Position numbers and translations under genes: made by a program
The notes under the pieces: model-generated
The model's database searches: none
Seen by the model: the letters and a program-made list of their open reading frames with translations, nothing else
What the model was told of the DNA's origin: nothing
Assembly: GCA_038064195.1 (NCBI GenBank)
Contig: JBBTTO010000002.1
Location: 141,356-205,355, forward strand
Length of the DNA: 64,000 bases
Reading direction: 5' to 3'
DNA from: Patescibacteria group bacterium
Lineage (GTDB): Bacteria; Patescibacteriota; Microgenomatia; Levybacterales; UBA12049
Shown: piece by piece, positions 20,237 to 28,626 of the stretch
How positions within the stretch are numbered: position 1 is the first letter of the stretch
Layout: each line of letters opens with the position of its first letter

Positions 20237-20812
20237 ATGATAGAACTTCCAACAATTAATAATATTACCATTTCAGGTCGCATCGGAAGTGGTGCTTCAA
20301 CGCTTGCCAAGAAGTTATCTGAGAAGTTGGAATGGCCTGTACTTGATGGTGGCAAGCTATTCCGTAAAATTAATGAAGAGCTGGGAGTAACAATTACTCA
20401 GACTGAAGAACGTCCTGATCATTTTGATCTCGAGTATGAGGAACGGATCAAAAAAATGCTGCGTGAGGAGAAACATCATATTATCCAAAGTCACTTAGCA
20501 GGCTTTGACGCACAGGGGATTGAAAAGGTCTACAAAATTTTACTAGTCTGCGAGGAGCATGGGGAGGATGTGCCGGCGGTACGTATCGATCGTTTGGTCA
20601 ATCGTGACGGCGCCTCAGTTGAGGATGCCAAATATGAGGTGAGAGAAAGAGAGAGACAGCACCTGCAGAAGTTTCGTCGTCTCTATGCTGACAATGATCA
20701 GGAATGGGTCTACTGGGATAAGAAATACTATGACTTAGTCATTAATACCTTTAACCACAATCAGGATTCAGTCTTAGGGATTGCCCTTGAAGCACTCAAT
20801 ATCCCCGAATAA
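20237..20812 (+). CDS. Archaeal-type cytidylate kinase-like protein
   Basis: ITISG..GSG.STLA P-loop, YDLVINT. Confidence 0.75.
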   Translation: MIELPTINNITISGRIGSGASTLAKKLSEKLEWPVLDGGKLFRKINEELGVTITQTEERPDHFDLEYEERIKKMLREEKHHIIQSHLAGFDAQGIEKVYKILLVCEEHGEDVPAVRIDRLVNRDGASVEDAKYEVRERERQHLQKFRRLYADNDQEWVYWDKKYYDLVINTFNHNQDSVLGIALEALNIPE

Positions 20813-20859
20813 ACACTCTTGCAATACGCATTGACTTTCACTATGATTGCCATGACGCT

Positions 20860-21402
20860 ATGAGACTGTTTTTTTCAGTCATACTCCTTTTATTTTTGAG
20901 CGTTCCTGTTGTTGTCTTTGCTCAGGATTCAGGCACACAGGCAGCCGGCCTTGTCCCTTCCCCTATAAATTATCCTTTGGCCTACCCCGGTATACTTCCT
21001 GACAATCCGCTCTATCCCTTAAAAATGCTGCGTGACCGGATAGTCTTTTTCCTCATCAATGATCCATTTAAAAAGGCAGAGTTTAACTTGCTGCAGGCAG
21101 ATAAGAGGTTGGGGGCCGGGCTTTTTTTGATAGATCGGGATAAAAATAAAGCATCTCTGGCAGTAGACACCATCTCCAAAGGTGAGAATTATTTCCACGA
21201 CGCGGTGGCCGGGGCGATAATTATGCAGCAGCAGGGTCGTAATGTGACATCTCTAGTACAGGATTTAGACAAAGCAGTCAATAAGCACATAGAAGTAGTA
21301 ACTAACTTGAGAAGAACTGTCCCTACTCAGGCAGGTAAGCTGCAACAAATTTTGGAGCGTTTAAAAACCTACCAGCAAAGTATTAAAAAAGCAAAGGGAT
21401 AA
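20860..21402 (+). CDS. DUF5667-like secreted helical protein
   Basis: PGILPDNPLYPLK..RD motif. Confidence 0.75.
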   Translation: MRLFFSVILLLFLSVPVVVFAQDSGTQAAGLVPSPINYPLAYPGILPDNPLYPLKMLRDRIVFFLINDPFKKAEFNLLQADKRLGAGLFLIDRDKNKASLAVDTISKGENYFHDAVAGAIIMQQQGRNVTSLVQDLDKAVNKHIEVVTNLRRTVPTQAGKLQQILERLKTYQQSIKKAKG

Positions 21403-21483
21403 TAATTGTAAGAGTTTTCACAGAGCTGAAGCTGAGATTTCCCGCAGATTTGCCGTTGATACTGTTTTATGCATTTCTTTCTA

Positions 21484-21536
21484 TTGACAGAGGTACTGGT
21501 AGGGCCATATAGTTTTGTAGGACACTAAATCTAGAA
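21484..21536 (+). promoter_or_regulatory. sigma70 promoter of nrdR-nrdJ with putative NrdR box
   Basis: TTGACA-18-TATAGT; ACACTAAATCTAG resembles the NrdR box half-palindrome. Confidence 0.5.
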
Positions 21537-21560
21537 ATAAATTTTCACGAGGAAAAGAGT

Positions 21561-22010
21561 ATGCATTGTCCCTATTGCGGAAGTCAGGAATCAGAGGTTG
21601 TAGAGACGCGGGACAGCGAGGATTTGGATGCGATCAGGAGGAGGCGGGCCTGCCACGCATGTCAACGAAGATTTACAACCTACGAGAGGATTGAGACGGT
21701 CAATTTGCATGTCATTAAAAGAGACGGCAGGCGGGAGCAGTTTAATCGTGATAAGTTAAAGGCAGGCTTGATCCGCGCGTGTGAGAAGACCACTATTTCA
21801 GTTGAGACAATTGATAGGATTATCACGGAAGTTATTCAGGAACTTCGGGGTGGAGATACGGTGGAGGTCACCAGTGATCGCATAGGCCAGTTGGTCGCCG
21901 AGCATTTAAAGAAGATCAACAAGATAGCCTATATCCGCTTCTCAAGTGTTTTTCGACGCTTTGTGGATGTTGAGGATTTTGAAAAGGAAGTAAAGAAGCT
22001 TATAAAATAA
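21561..22010 (+). CDS. nrdR: Transcriptional repressor NrdR
   Basis: MHCPYC..VVETR..IRRRR.C..C..RFTTYE + ATP cone. Confidence 0.97.
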   Translation: MHCPYCGSQESEVVETRDSEDLDAIRRRRACHACQRRFTTYERIETVNLHVIKRDGRREQFNRDKLKAGLIRACEKTTISVETIDRIITEVIQELRGGDTVEVTSDRIGQLVAEHLKKINKIAYIRFSSVFRRFVDVEDFEKEVKKLIK

Positions 22011-22085
22011 AAAAGTAAAATTGAAAGTGCAAAAATAAGGTACCTTTATTTTGAGTTTTTATTTTTAATATTTTAATTTAACATT

Positions 22086-24563
22086 ATGCCGGTAAATTTA
22101 GACGGAATCAGACAAAAAGTATTTTTAGACCGCTACGCCTTAAAGGGTAAAGACGGCGAGTTGCTTGAGCACACACCTGAAGAGATGTGGAAAAGAGTTG
22201 CCCGGGGAATTGCTGCTAATGAGAAAAAAGCTGATCAGAAAAAGTGGGCTAAAGAATTTTATAATGCGATGGAGGGTTTTAAATTCGTCCCGGCCGGCCG
22301 TATCCTCTCAGGAGCAGGCACTGAGTATCAGGTAACGTATTTCAATTGCTTTGTTATCCCCAGCCCCAAAGATTCACGTCATGGAATTTTGGAGTCCCTT
22401 GGTCAACTCGTTGAGATCCAGGCGCGTTCAGGTGGAGTAGGCCTCAATCTTTCATCCCTCAGACCTAAGGGTGCACGAGTTAAGAAAGTGAACGGTACAT
22501 CTTCTGGGCCTGTGAATTGGGCAACACTCTTCTCAGTTGCGACCCATGATATCGTCCAGCAGGGAGGCAGTCGTCGTGGTGCGACCATGCTGATGCTTTG
22601 GGATTGGCATCCGGATGTGGAGGAATTTATTACGGTTAAGCAGGATCTGACAAAAATTAATGGTGCGAACCTTTCTGTCTGTATTTCAGATGCCTTCATG
22701 GAGGCAGTCAAGGCTAATGCTGACTGGGATCTTATTTATCCTGATATCTCAGATCCTGAGTATGATGAGAAGTGGAATGGTGAAATTGACCAATGGAAAG
22801 CCCTGGGTAAAAAGGTTGTTGTTTATAAGACAGTGAAAGCCCGTGAATTGTGGGATCTTATCTGTACTGCTGCCTGGCAGTCGGCTGAGCCGGGGCTTCA
22901 CTTCATGGAGCGTTCAAACAAAAGAAGTAATACGTATTATTTCGAGCGTCTGATCGCGACCAATCCTTGCGGTGAACAGCCGCTTGGGGCCTGGGCAGTC
23001 TGTAACTTAGGCGCTATGAATTTAGCAGCCTACGTAGATAAGGAGAAATTTGATTTCGAGTCATTCGGCAAAGACGTTCGTGTTGCAATGCGTATGCTGG
23101 ATAATGTTATCGATCAGACATATTACTTCTTCAAACAAAATGAAGAATGTGCCAAAGATATCCGTCGTACAGGACTTGGCATCATGGGACTTGGGGACGC
23201 TCTCATTAAGATGAAGTTGCCATATGGTTCTGACAAGTCATTGCCAGTAATTGAAAAAATCTTCAAGACACTGCGTGATAATGCCTATGATGCATCCTCT
23301 GACCTGGCAAAAGAAAAAGGTGCTTTCCCACACTTTGACAAGGACAAATATTTAGACGCTCACTTTGTGAAGCAGTTGCCTAAGGATATCCGTAAAAAAA
23401 TTGCTGAGCAGGGTATCCGTAATGCCGTCTTACTGACTATTGCACCGACAGGGACTACCTCACTTGTTTCAGGTGTTTCCTCAGGGGTTGAGCCTGTCTA
23501 TGAGTTCACTTTTAGACGCAAATGGAGGGGCGGAGAAGAGATCATGTATCATCCGCTTTTTGATGAATGGCGTAAAGAGCATATTGGTGAAGAGAGGCCT
23601 GACTATTTTGTCTCGGCTAATGACCTGACGCCAACCGAGCATGTCAAAGTACAGGCCGTAGCACAAGATTATATTGACTCCTCAATCTCAAAGACCGTTA
23701 ATGCTCCAAGTACCCATACCGTTGAGGACGTGAAGGAGCTTTATATGATGGCCTATGACATGGGGCTTAAGGGAGTTACCTATATGCGCGATGGGTCACG
23801 CATGGGAGTACTTGAGCGTCTGCCTGAGAAAAAAGAAGAAGTCCAGGAAGTTAAGCCTGTCGTCCCGGTTACGCCTCGTGTCCCTCGTCCGATGGTTCTA
23901 TCCGGTACTACGTACAAAGCAGATAGTCCGAGTGGGAGAATGTATGTGACCATCAACCACGATGAGAACACCCAGCCTTTTGAAGTCTTTATTAATAATG
24001 GGAAAACAGGTTCTGATGTGATGGCTATGGCTGATGCTTTAGGCCGTATGATCTCATTTGTTCTGCGTATTCATAGTCCTGTTCCGCAGCGTGAACGTCT
24101 GCGAGAAATCGTCTCAGAGTTGACAGGGATTGGCGGAGCACGCTCAGTAGGTTTTGGTGAGAACAGGGTCCGTTCTCTGCCTGATGCAGTAGCAAAAGTT
24201 CTGGCACGACATGCCAACTTCAGGGTTAATGGTAAAGTCGAAGACAGGCCGGTTGTTCCTGTGGCTGCTGATACCGTAACTCCTGAGACTCCGGCTGTGG
24301 AAGCTTTGACAAATGGCAATGGAACAAGTAATGGCAATGGCCATGCAAGTAACGGACAAGCATCATTCCTGACCAAAGTTGATCAACCTATAGAATCAGC
24401 CGGGGAGCAACTGGGCTTTGCCGCAGCTGCAGTGCCGGTTGAGGTGATGGAAGCGAGTAACACTACCAACCTTTTTGATATCTGTCCTGAGTGCGGAACT
24501 GCAAGCTTTGCCTATGAGGAAGGGTGCAAGAAATGCTATGGCTGTGGCTACAGCGAATGCTAA
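22086..24563 (+). CDS. nrdJ: Class II adenosylcobalamin-dependent ribonucleotide reductase with TSCPD and Zn-ribbon tail
   Basis: TNPCGEQ, IAPTGT, SSISKT.N, C-terminal CPECG..EEGC..C..CGYSEC; no beta subunit nearby; B12 genes follow. Confidence 0.93.
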   Translation: MPVNLDGIRQKVFLDRYALKGKDGELLEHTPEEMWKRVARGIAANEKKADQKKWAKEFYNAMEGFKFVPAGRILSGAGTEYQVTYFNCFVIPSPKDSRHGILESLGQLVEIQARSGGVGLNLSSLRPKGARVKKVNGTSSGPVNWATLFSVATHDIVQQGGSRRGATMLMLWDWHPDVEEFITVKQDLTKINGANLSVCISDAFMEAVKANADWDLIYPDISDPEYDEKWNGEIDQWKALGKKVVVYKTVKARELWDLICTAAWQSAEPGLHFMERSNKRSNTYYFERLIATNPCGEQPLGAWAVCNLGAMNLAAYVDKEKFDFESFGKDVRVAMRMLDNVIDQTYYFFKQNEECAKDIRRTGLGIMGLGDALIKMKLPYGSDKSLPVIEKIFKTLRDNAYDASSDLAKEKGAFPHFDKDKYLDAHFVKQLPKDIRKKIAEQGIRNAVLLTIAPTGTTSLVSGVSSGVEPVYEFTFRRKWRGGEEIMYHPLFDEWRKEHIGEERPDYFVSANDLTPTEHVKVQAVAQDYIDSSISKTVNAPSTHTVEDVKELYMMAYDMGLKGVTYMRDGSRMGVLERLPEKKEEVQEVKPVVPVTPRVPRPMVLSGTTYKADSPSGRMYVTINHDENTQPFEVFINNGKTGSDVMAMADALGRMISFVLRIHSPVPQRERLREIVSELTGIGGARSVGFGENRVRSLPDAVAKVLARHANFRVNGKVEDRPVVPVAADTVTPETPAVEALTNGNGTSNGNGHASNGQASFLTKVDQPIESAGEQLGFAAAAVPVEVMEASNTTNLFDICPECGTASFAYEEGCKKCYGCGYSEC

Positions 24564-24650
24564 TCACGAATATATGCGAATAATTAGTCCGAATAGATAC
24601 GAATAAGTTGATTGACTTTGACGGAATATTCAGATATATTTTCGTTACAT

Positions 24651-24872
24651 AGAAATATTTTGGTAAGTAGGGTGTGAATCCCTCTCAGTGCCGCTACTGT
24701 AAAGACAGAAAACGAATATTTCTTTAAATAAAACCCGAGTTCCGATGGTAGGTCCCATCGGAATCCCGCACGAATGAAATTCGTCGGGACAGGAAACCTA
24801 CTTATGTCATTAGTAGTATCCTTCTTGGGAACGTAAAATTTACAATCACGTTCTAAGCAGAGGGATTTTTTT
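24651..24872 (+). promoter_or_regulatory. Cobalamin riboswitch (compact, class II-like) 1 plus expression platform
   Basis: AGGGTGTGAATCCCT, CAGTGCCGCTACTGTAAAGACAGA; closing stem AGAAATATTT/GAATATTTCT; hairpin over GAGGGA; promoter TTGACT-17-TATATT upstream. Confidence 0.8.
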
Positions 24873-25292
24873 ATGAGCAAAAAAGCAGATACTATAAATA
24901 TATTAACTCCGGCACGACGACTCAAGTTATCACTTTTGAGTGGTTTTCTCTTTGTTATTATTTTGGGTGTAATGATTGCTGCATCGCTGCATAAAAATCA
25001 AAGTACTCAAATTGATCAAGCGATTTCACAATACAGTCAGAAAGCGTCTGAAAGAGATTACTTTGCTTATCAGGGGAAGACTGGCAGGGATGCATTAACG
25101 GTACTTAAGAATCTGACAACCATTGAGCAGGATCGTTCAGGACTCGTAATTTCGATTAACGGACGTAAGGCGGACAATTCCAAGAAGGAATATTGGTCTT
25201 TCTTTATCAATGGACAGATGGCACAAGTTGGCCCCGCTGATTTTAAAACTACAGATAAAGATTTTATTGAATGGAAGATTCAGACGTACTAA
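24873..25292 (+). CDS. DUF4430 / transcobalamin-C-like putative cobalamin-binding protein
   Basis: V.SING...YW.FFING..A.VG.......D.IEW. Confidence 0.82.
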   Translation: MSKKADTINILTPARRLKLSLLSGFLFVIILGVMIAASLHKNQSTQIDQAISQYSQKASERDYFAYQGKTGRDALTVLKNLTTIEQDRSGLVISINGRKADNSKKEYWSFFINGQMAQVGPADFKTTDKDFIEWKIQTY

Positions 25293-25813
25293 TGCGAAAT
25301 AAAATTATTTTCCCACTAGCAATTATTCTCTTTGGTGTAGTGATGCGGCTTGTTCCGCACATGCCAAATGTAGCTCCGATTACGGCTATAGCACTGTTTG
25401 GAGGAATGTATCTGGACAAGAAATATGCTCTTGTTTTACCCCTTCTTATTATGCTTGTTTCAGACCTTTTTTTAGGCTTTCATGACACGTTGCTTTTTGT
25501 CTATGTCAGTTTTTTTATCTCAGGGCTTCTGGGGCTGTGGGCGCGTCGCCAAAAAACAGCGGGCCGGATCTTACTGGTTACGTTCATTGCCTCAGTGCAG
25601 TTTTTTGTTATCACCAACTTTGGGGTATGGCTTGTCGGCCATATGTATCCTAAAACTCTCCAGGGCTTGATGGAGTGCTTTGTCATGGCCACTCCTTTTT
25701 TCCGCAATACGATCATGGGGGATTTACTCTATACAACGACCTTTATCTTGCTTTTTGAATTCCTGGAATATCTTGCCCGAAAGGGAAAGCCTTTATTGGC
25801 TCACAGACGATAA
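25292..25813 (+). CDS. ECF-type S-component, cobalamin (BtuM/CbrT/DUF6580-like)
   Basis: RL.PH.PN.APITAIALFGG, FF.ITNFGVW, PFFRNT..GD. Confidence 0.82.
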   Translation: MRNKIIFPLAIILFGVVMRLVPHMPNVAPITAIALFGGMYLDKKYALVLPLLIMLVSDLFLGFHDTLLFVYVSFFISGLLGLWARRQKTAGRILLVTFIASVQFFVITNFGVWLVGHMYPKTLQGLMECFVMATPFFRNTIMGDLLYTTTFILLFEFLEYLARKGKPLLAHRR

Positions 25814-26355
25814 TGCCTATTTACACGCGTACCGGAGATCGCGGTCAGACATCACTATTTGGTGGAATACGAGTCCTCAAGGCTGATGATCGAGTAGACA
25901 CCTATGGAACTATTGATGAGCTAAATAGTTTGCTGGGAGTAGTTGTGTCCAACATAGAAACAAAGCATAAAAAATTAGCTCGTGAACTCGAGGAGATCCA
26001 ACATGATCTTTTTGATATTGGATCTTATCTAGCCAACCCCAAGGCGACTCCGATTAAGCGTTTAGGAAGTAGGGTAGTGGAGTTTGAAGAACACATTGAT
26101 CAGATGACTATCAAGATGCCTGAATTGCATAATTTCATTTTGCCGGGTGGTGGGCGAGTGGGAGCAAGTTTACACCAAGCACGGACTGTCTGTCGGCGAA
26201 CAGAGCGAAGGTTGGTAGCTTTGATGCAACATGAGGATATCGACAAGCACGTGGTGAAATACATTAACCGTTTGTCTGACTTGCTTTTTACTATGGCACG
26301 TTTTGTCAATCATAAAGAAAAGAAAAAAGAAACAATTTGGAAACAACAAGGTTAA
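25813..26355 (+). CDS. pduO: ATP:cob(I)alamin adenosyltransferase
   Basis: IYTRTGD.G.T, YGTIDELNS, FILPGG, RTVCRR.ER, NRLSDLLF. Confidence 0.95.
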   Translation: MPIYTRTGDRGQTSLFGGIRVLKADDRVDTYGTIDELNSLLGVVVSNIETKHKKLARELEEIQHDLFDIGSYLANPKATPIKRLGSRVVEFEEHIDQMTIKMPELHNFILPGGGRVGASLHQARTVCRRTERRLVALMQHEDIDKHVVKYINRLSDLLFTMARFVNHKEKKKETIWKQQG

Positions 26356-26357
26356 TA

Positions 26358-26391
26358 TTTGCCCTCCTTCGCTAAAGCTATGGAGGGTAAA
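26358..26391. repeat. CPR-type palindromic repeat
   Basis: TTTGCCCTCC-TTCGCTAAAGCTAT-GGAGGGTAAA. Confidence 0.7.
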
Positions 26392-26392
26392 T

Positions 26393-26506
26393 CGGGTGAA
26401 GCTTGTGTGATTCAAGCACTGTGCCGCAACTGTAAAGTCAGATCCCCGTTATAACTTCCGAGCAGAAGGTATTTTTTGCATACTTCTCGGAACGAGGAGT
26501 TTTTTT
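26393..26506 (+). promoter_or_regulatory. Cobalamin riboswitch (compact) 2
   Basis: CGGGTGAA-GCTTG TGTGATT CAAGC-ACTGTGCCGCAACTGTAAAGTCAGA-CCCG; hairpin then GAGGAG before ATG 26507. Confidence 0.8.
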
Positions 26507-27976
26507 ATGGAACGAAGAGGACACAGTCCACAACAATTTTTCAGTCAAGATACAGCCGTTGATCCGGCCGCAATAGAAACTGACTTGATAAGTAATGAGA
26601 GCTCTTTTGGTTTTAACGATGCGGTCTCGCTACCGATTGTGACAGTTTATCGTGGGGATGTTTTGGCTCAGGAGGCAGTTGATGATGAGCTAGATTATGC
26701 CAGCGGCATACATTTCCTTAACGAAGCAATAAAACGAGCTCGCGAAGAATTTTTGGAAGAAAAAATGACGCGTAAAGGAAGATTGGCATATGCAGTCGAG
26801 TTTGATGTGGCAGCCTATGATGCGCTTAATCAATACAAATGGGTAAATAGAAGCGCTTATGAAGAAGTGCGCGATAATCTTAATGCAGAGACAGAATTTA
26901 ATCTGACTACGCTCCTGGGAGAAAAATATCACGCAGAGCTCAGCCGGTATACTACCCGCCTTGAGACAGACGGGATTTATTCAGATACCGGGGATGAACC
27001 GATACGCGAGATGGTCAAGCGCGGTGCCCGGTACCGCATCCAAAACGGCAGTGAGGAGCCTCAGCGTGAGATGGCTGTTGTTGCCGGATTTTTGGCAACC
27101 GAGGAGAGGCTGATGAATCCTGAGACGCCAATTGGAACTACCGTTTTATCTGTTTCTCCAACCGGGCCGCAGCACGAACACAACTTTTATGATACAGCCA
27201 CCAAGCGATATACCGAAGATCGGGGAATGTATATTGAGTGGCGACGCTACAGCTCAGCCAACAGCAGGGCTGAATCAGCTCAAAAATTAGCCAAGTTTGA
27301 TGCCCGCTATCATCAGGAAAAGATTCCAGAACCGGAGTATTTTTTAAGAAATGTCGTGACGTTTGTCCCGGGCGAATCAGTAATTTCCGACCCCGATGAG
27401 ATACATCAGTATCTTCATAAAGAACACGTGGTCAAGACAGAGGCTGAACTACGTCAGATCACTGACGGACACAATAGAGGCTTTCGTGATTATTACAGAA
27501 TGTTACTTAATGACCCGACAGCAACTTATCAGGACTTATTGGATGCATTCGTGGCTATTATCAATCACGCTGATTTCGAAGCCGGTGAATCAAAGGCTAT
27601 TGTTTATGATGGAGTTGATTCGGGTGTTTACTCCCCGGGCGAGTCTGAGATTGCCTTTTTTGCCAGCTTGCCAATGCAAATGTCGTCACTGCCCTGTGGC
27701 ATATTAGGAGGAGAGCTCGCCGGCTTTGGCTTCGGTGATGCAGTGAATGCTTATGGTATGGGTTTTTATGGAGGGAATCGACCTGAGGATGATCCTACGT
27801 TGTGTAAGTGCTCCAATACCAAGCCCCACTTTCATTGCCCCGGGAAAAAGACAGTCACTGAGGTAGATAAAGAGACGGGGCAAAAAGAAAAGAGAAAAAC
27901 AGCGTGTAATTTTAAGATAATTGTTGGAATGGGTATTGCTACGTGTCCTGATTGCGGTGAATCAAAAAAATGCTGA
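26507..27976 (+). CDS. Uncharacterized acidic protein with Cys/His-rich C-terminus
   Basis: 489-aa ORF; CKC..HFHC...C...CPDC...C. Confidence 0.75.
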   Translation: MERRGHSPQQFFSQDTAVDPAAIETDLISNESSFGFNDAVSLPIVTVYRGDVLAQEAVDDELDYASGIHFLNEAIKRAREEFLEEKMTRKGRLAYAVEFDVAAYDALNQYKWVNRSAYEEVRDNLNAETEFNLTTLLGEKYHAELSRYTTRLETDGIYSDTGDEPIREMVKRGARYRIQNGSEEPQREMAVVAGFLATEERLMNPETPIGTTVLSVSPTGPQHEHNFYDTATKRYTEDRGMYIEWRRYSSANSRAESAQKLAKFDARYHQEKIPEPEYFLRNVVTFVPGESVISDPDEIHQYLHKEHVVKTEAELRQITDGHNRGFRDYYRMLLNDPTATYQDLLDAFVAIINHADFEAGESKAIVYDGVDSGVYSPGESEIAFFASLPMQMSSLPCGILGGELAGFGFGDAVNAYGMGFYGGNRPEDDPTLCKCSNTKPHFHCPGKKTVTEVDKETGQKEKRKTACNFKIIVGMGIATCPDCGESKKC

Positions 27977-28078
27977 TAGGATAGACCAATTATGTACCTA
28001 CTTGAAGGTCAAAGAAAAACTAAAATACTTGAGGCTAATTTGATTGTTTGATTTGTGAATTCGTGCTAAGATGAATAT

Positions 28079-28618
28079 ATGAATCCTACTCCTGCCCAGC
28101 CGCCAGCTCAGTCACCTCCAGTGCAGCCGCCACCAGTTGCTCCGGCTCCCGTCATACCTGTCTCCAGTGAACCCTTAACGCTTGACCCGAATATGATGAC
28201 TCCGCAAACCCAGGCAGTCGCTACTCCTCAGGTTGTATCTCCGTCTCCGAAGCAGGCTTATCCTGTAAGCGGGCCGCATAAAGAAGCAGCACCGATCAGC
28301 CAGGCATTGGTGACTGAGTATGTCAAGCCGACTGAAGTGGCAGTCCAACTGCCCCAGGAGGTAGCTGAGGCCGGAGTAGAGATTGTCCATAATGCTGAAC
28401 AGCCGCAAATAACACCTGAACATCAGGCAGTCGGGATAGAGCCTGCTAAGGAGGCTGTTCCGGCAGTGGTCGCTCCGGCGGCAAAAACTATCACACTTCC
28501 GTATTCACCGGCTCAGGCAAAGCAAATTGAGAAGCAGGCACCATTAGCCGAGTCACGACACTGGCTGGCGGTGTTGACAGAATTTTTATTAAAGAAATTA
28601 CAGCTCATACCGGCCTAA
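28079..28618 (+). CDS. Pro-rich hypothetical protein
   Basis: ORF upstream of ATPase; WLA C-terminal helix. Confidence 0.65.
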   Translation: MNPTPAQPPAQSPPVQPPPVAPAPVIPVSSEPLTLDPNMMTPQTQAVATPQVVSPSPKQAYPVSGPHKEAAPISQALVTEYVKPTEVAVQLPQEVAEAGVEIVHNAEQPQITPEHQAVGIEPAKEAVPAVVAPAAKTITLPYSPAQAKQIEKQAPLAESRHWLAVLTEFLLKKLQLIPA

Positions 28619-28626
28619 TACTTTTT

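Noticed and set aside
22086-24563. Intein or intron in nrdJ
   Set aside because: Motif spacing is continuous; the only extra segment is a low-complexity NG/P/A linker, with no intein splicing motifs.
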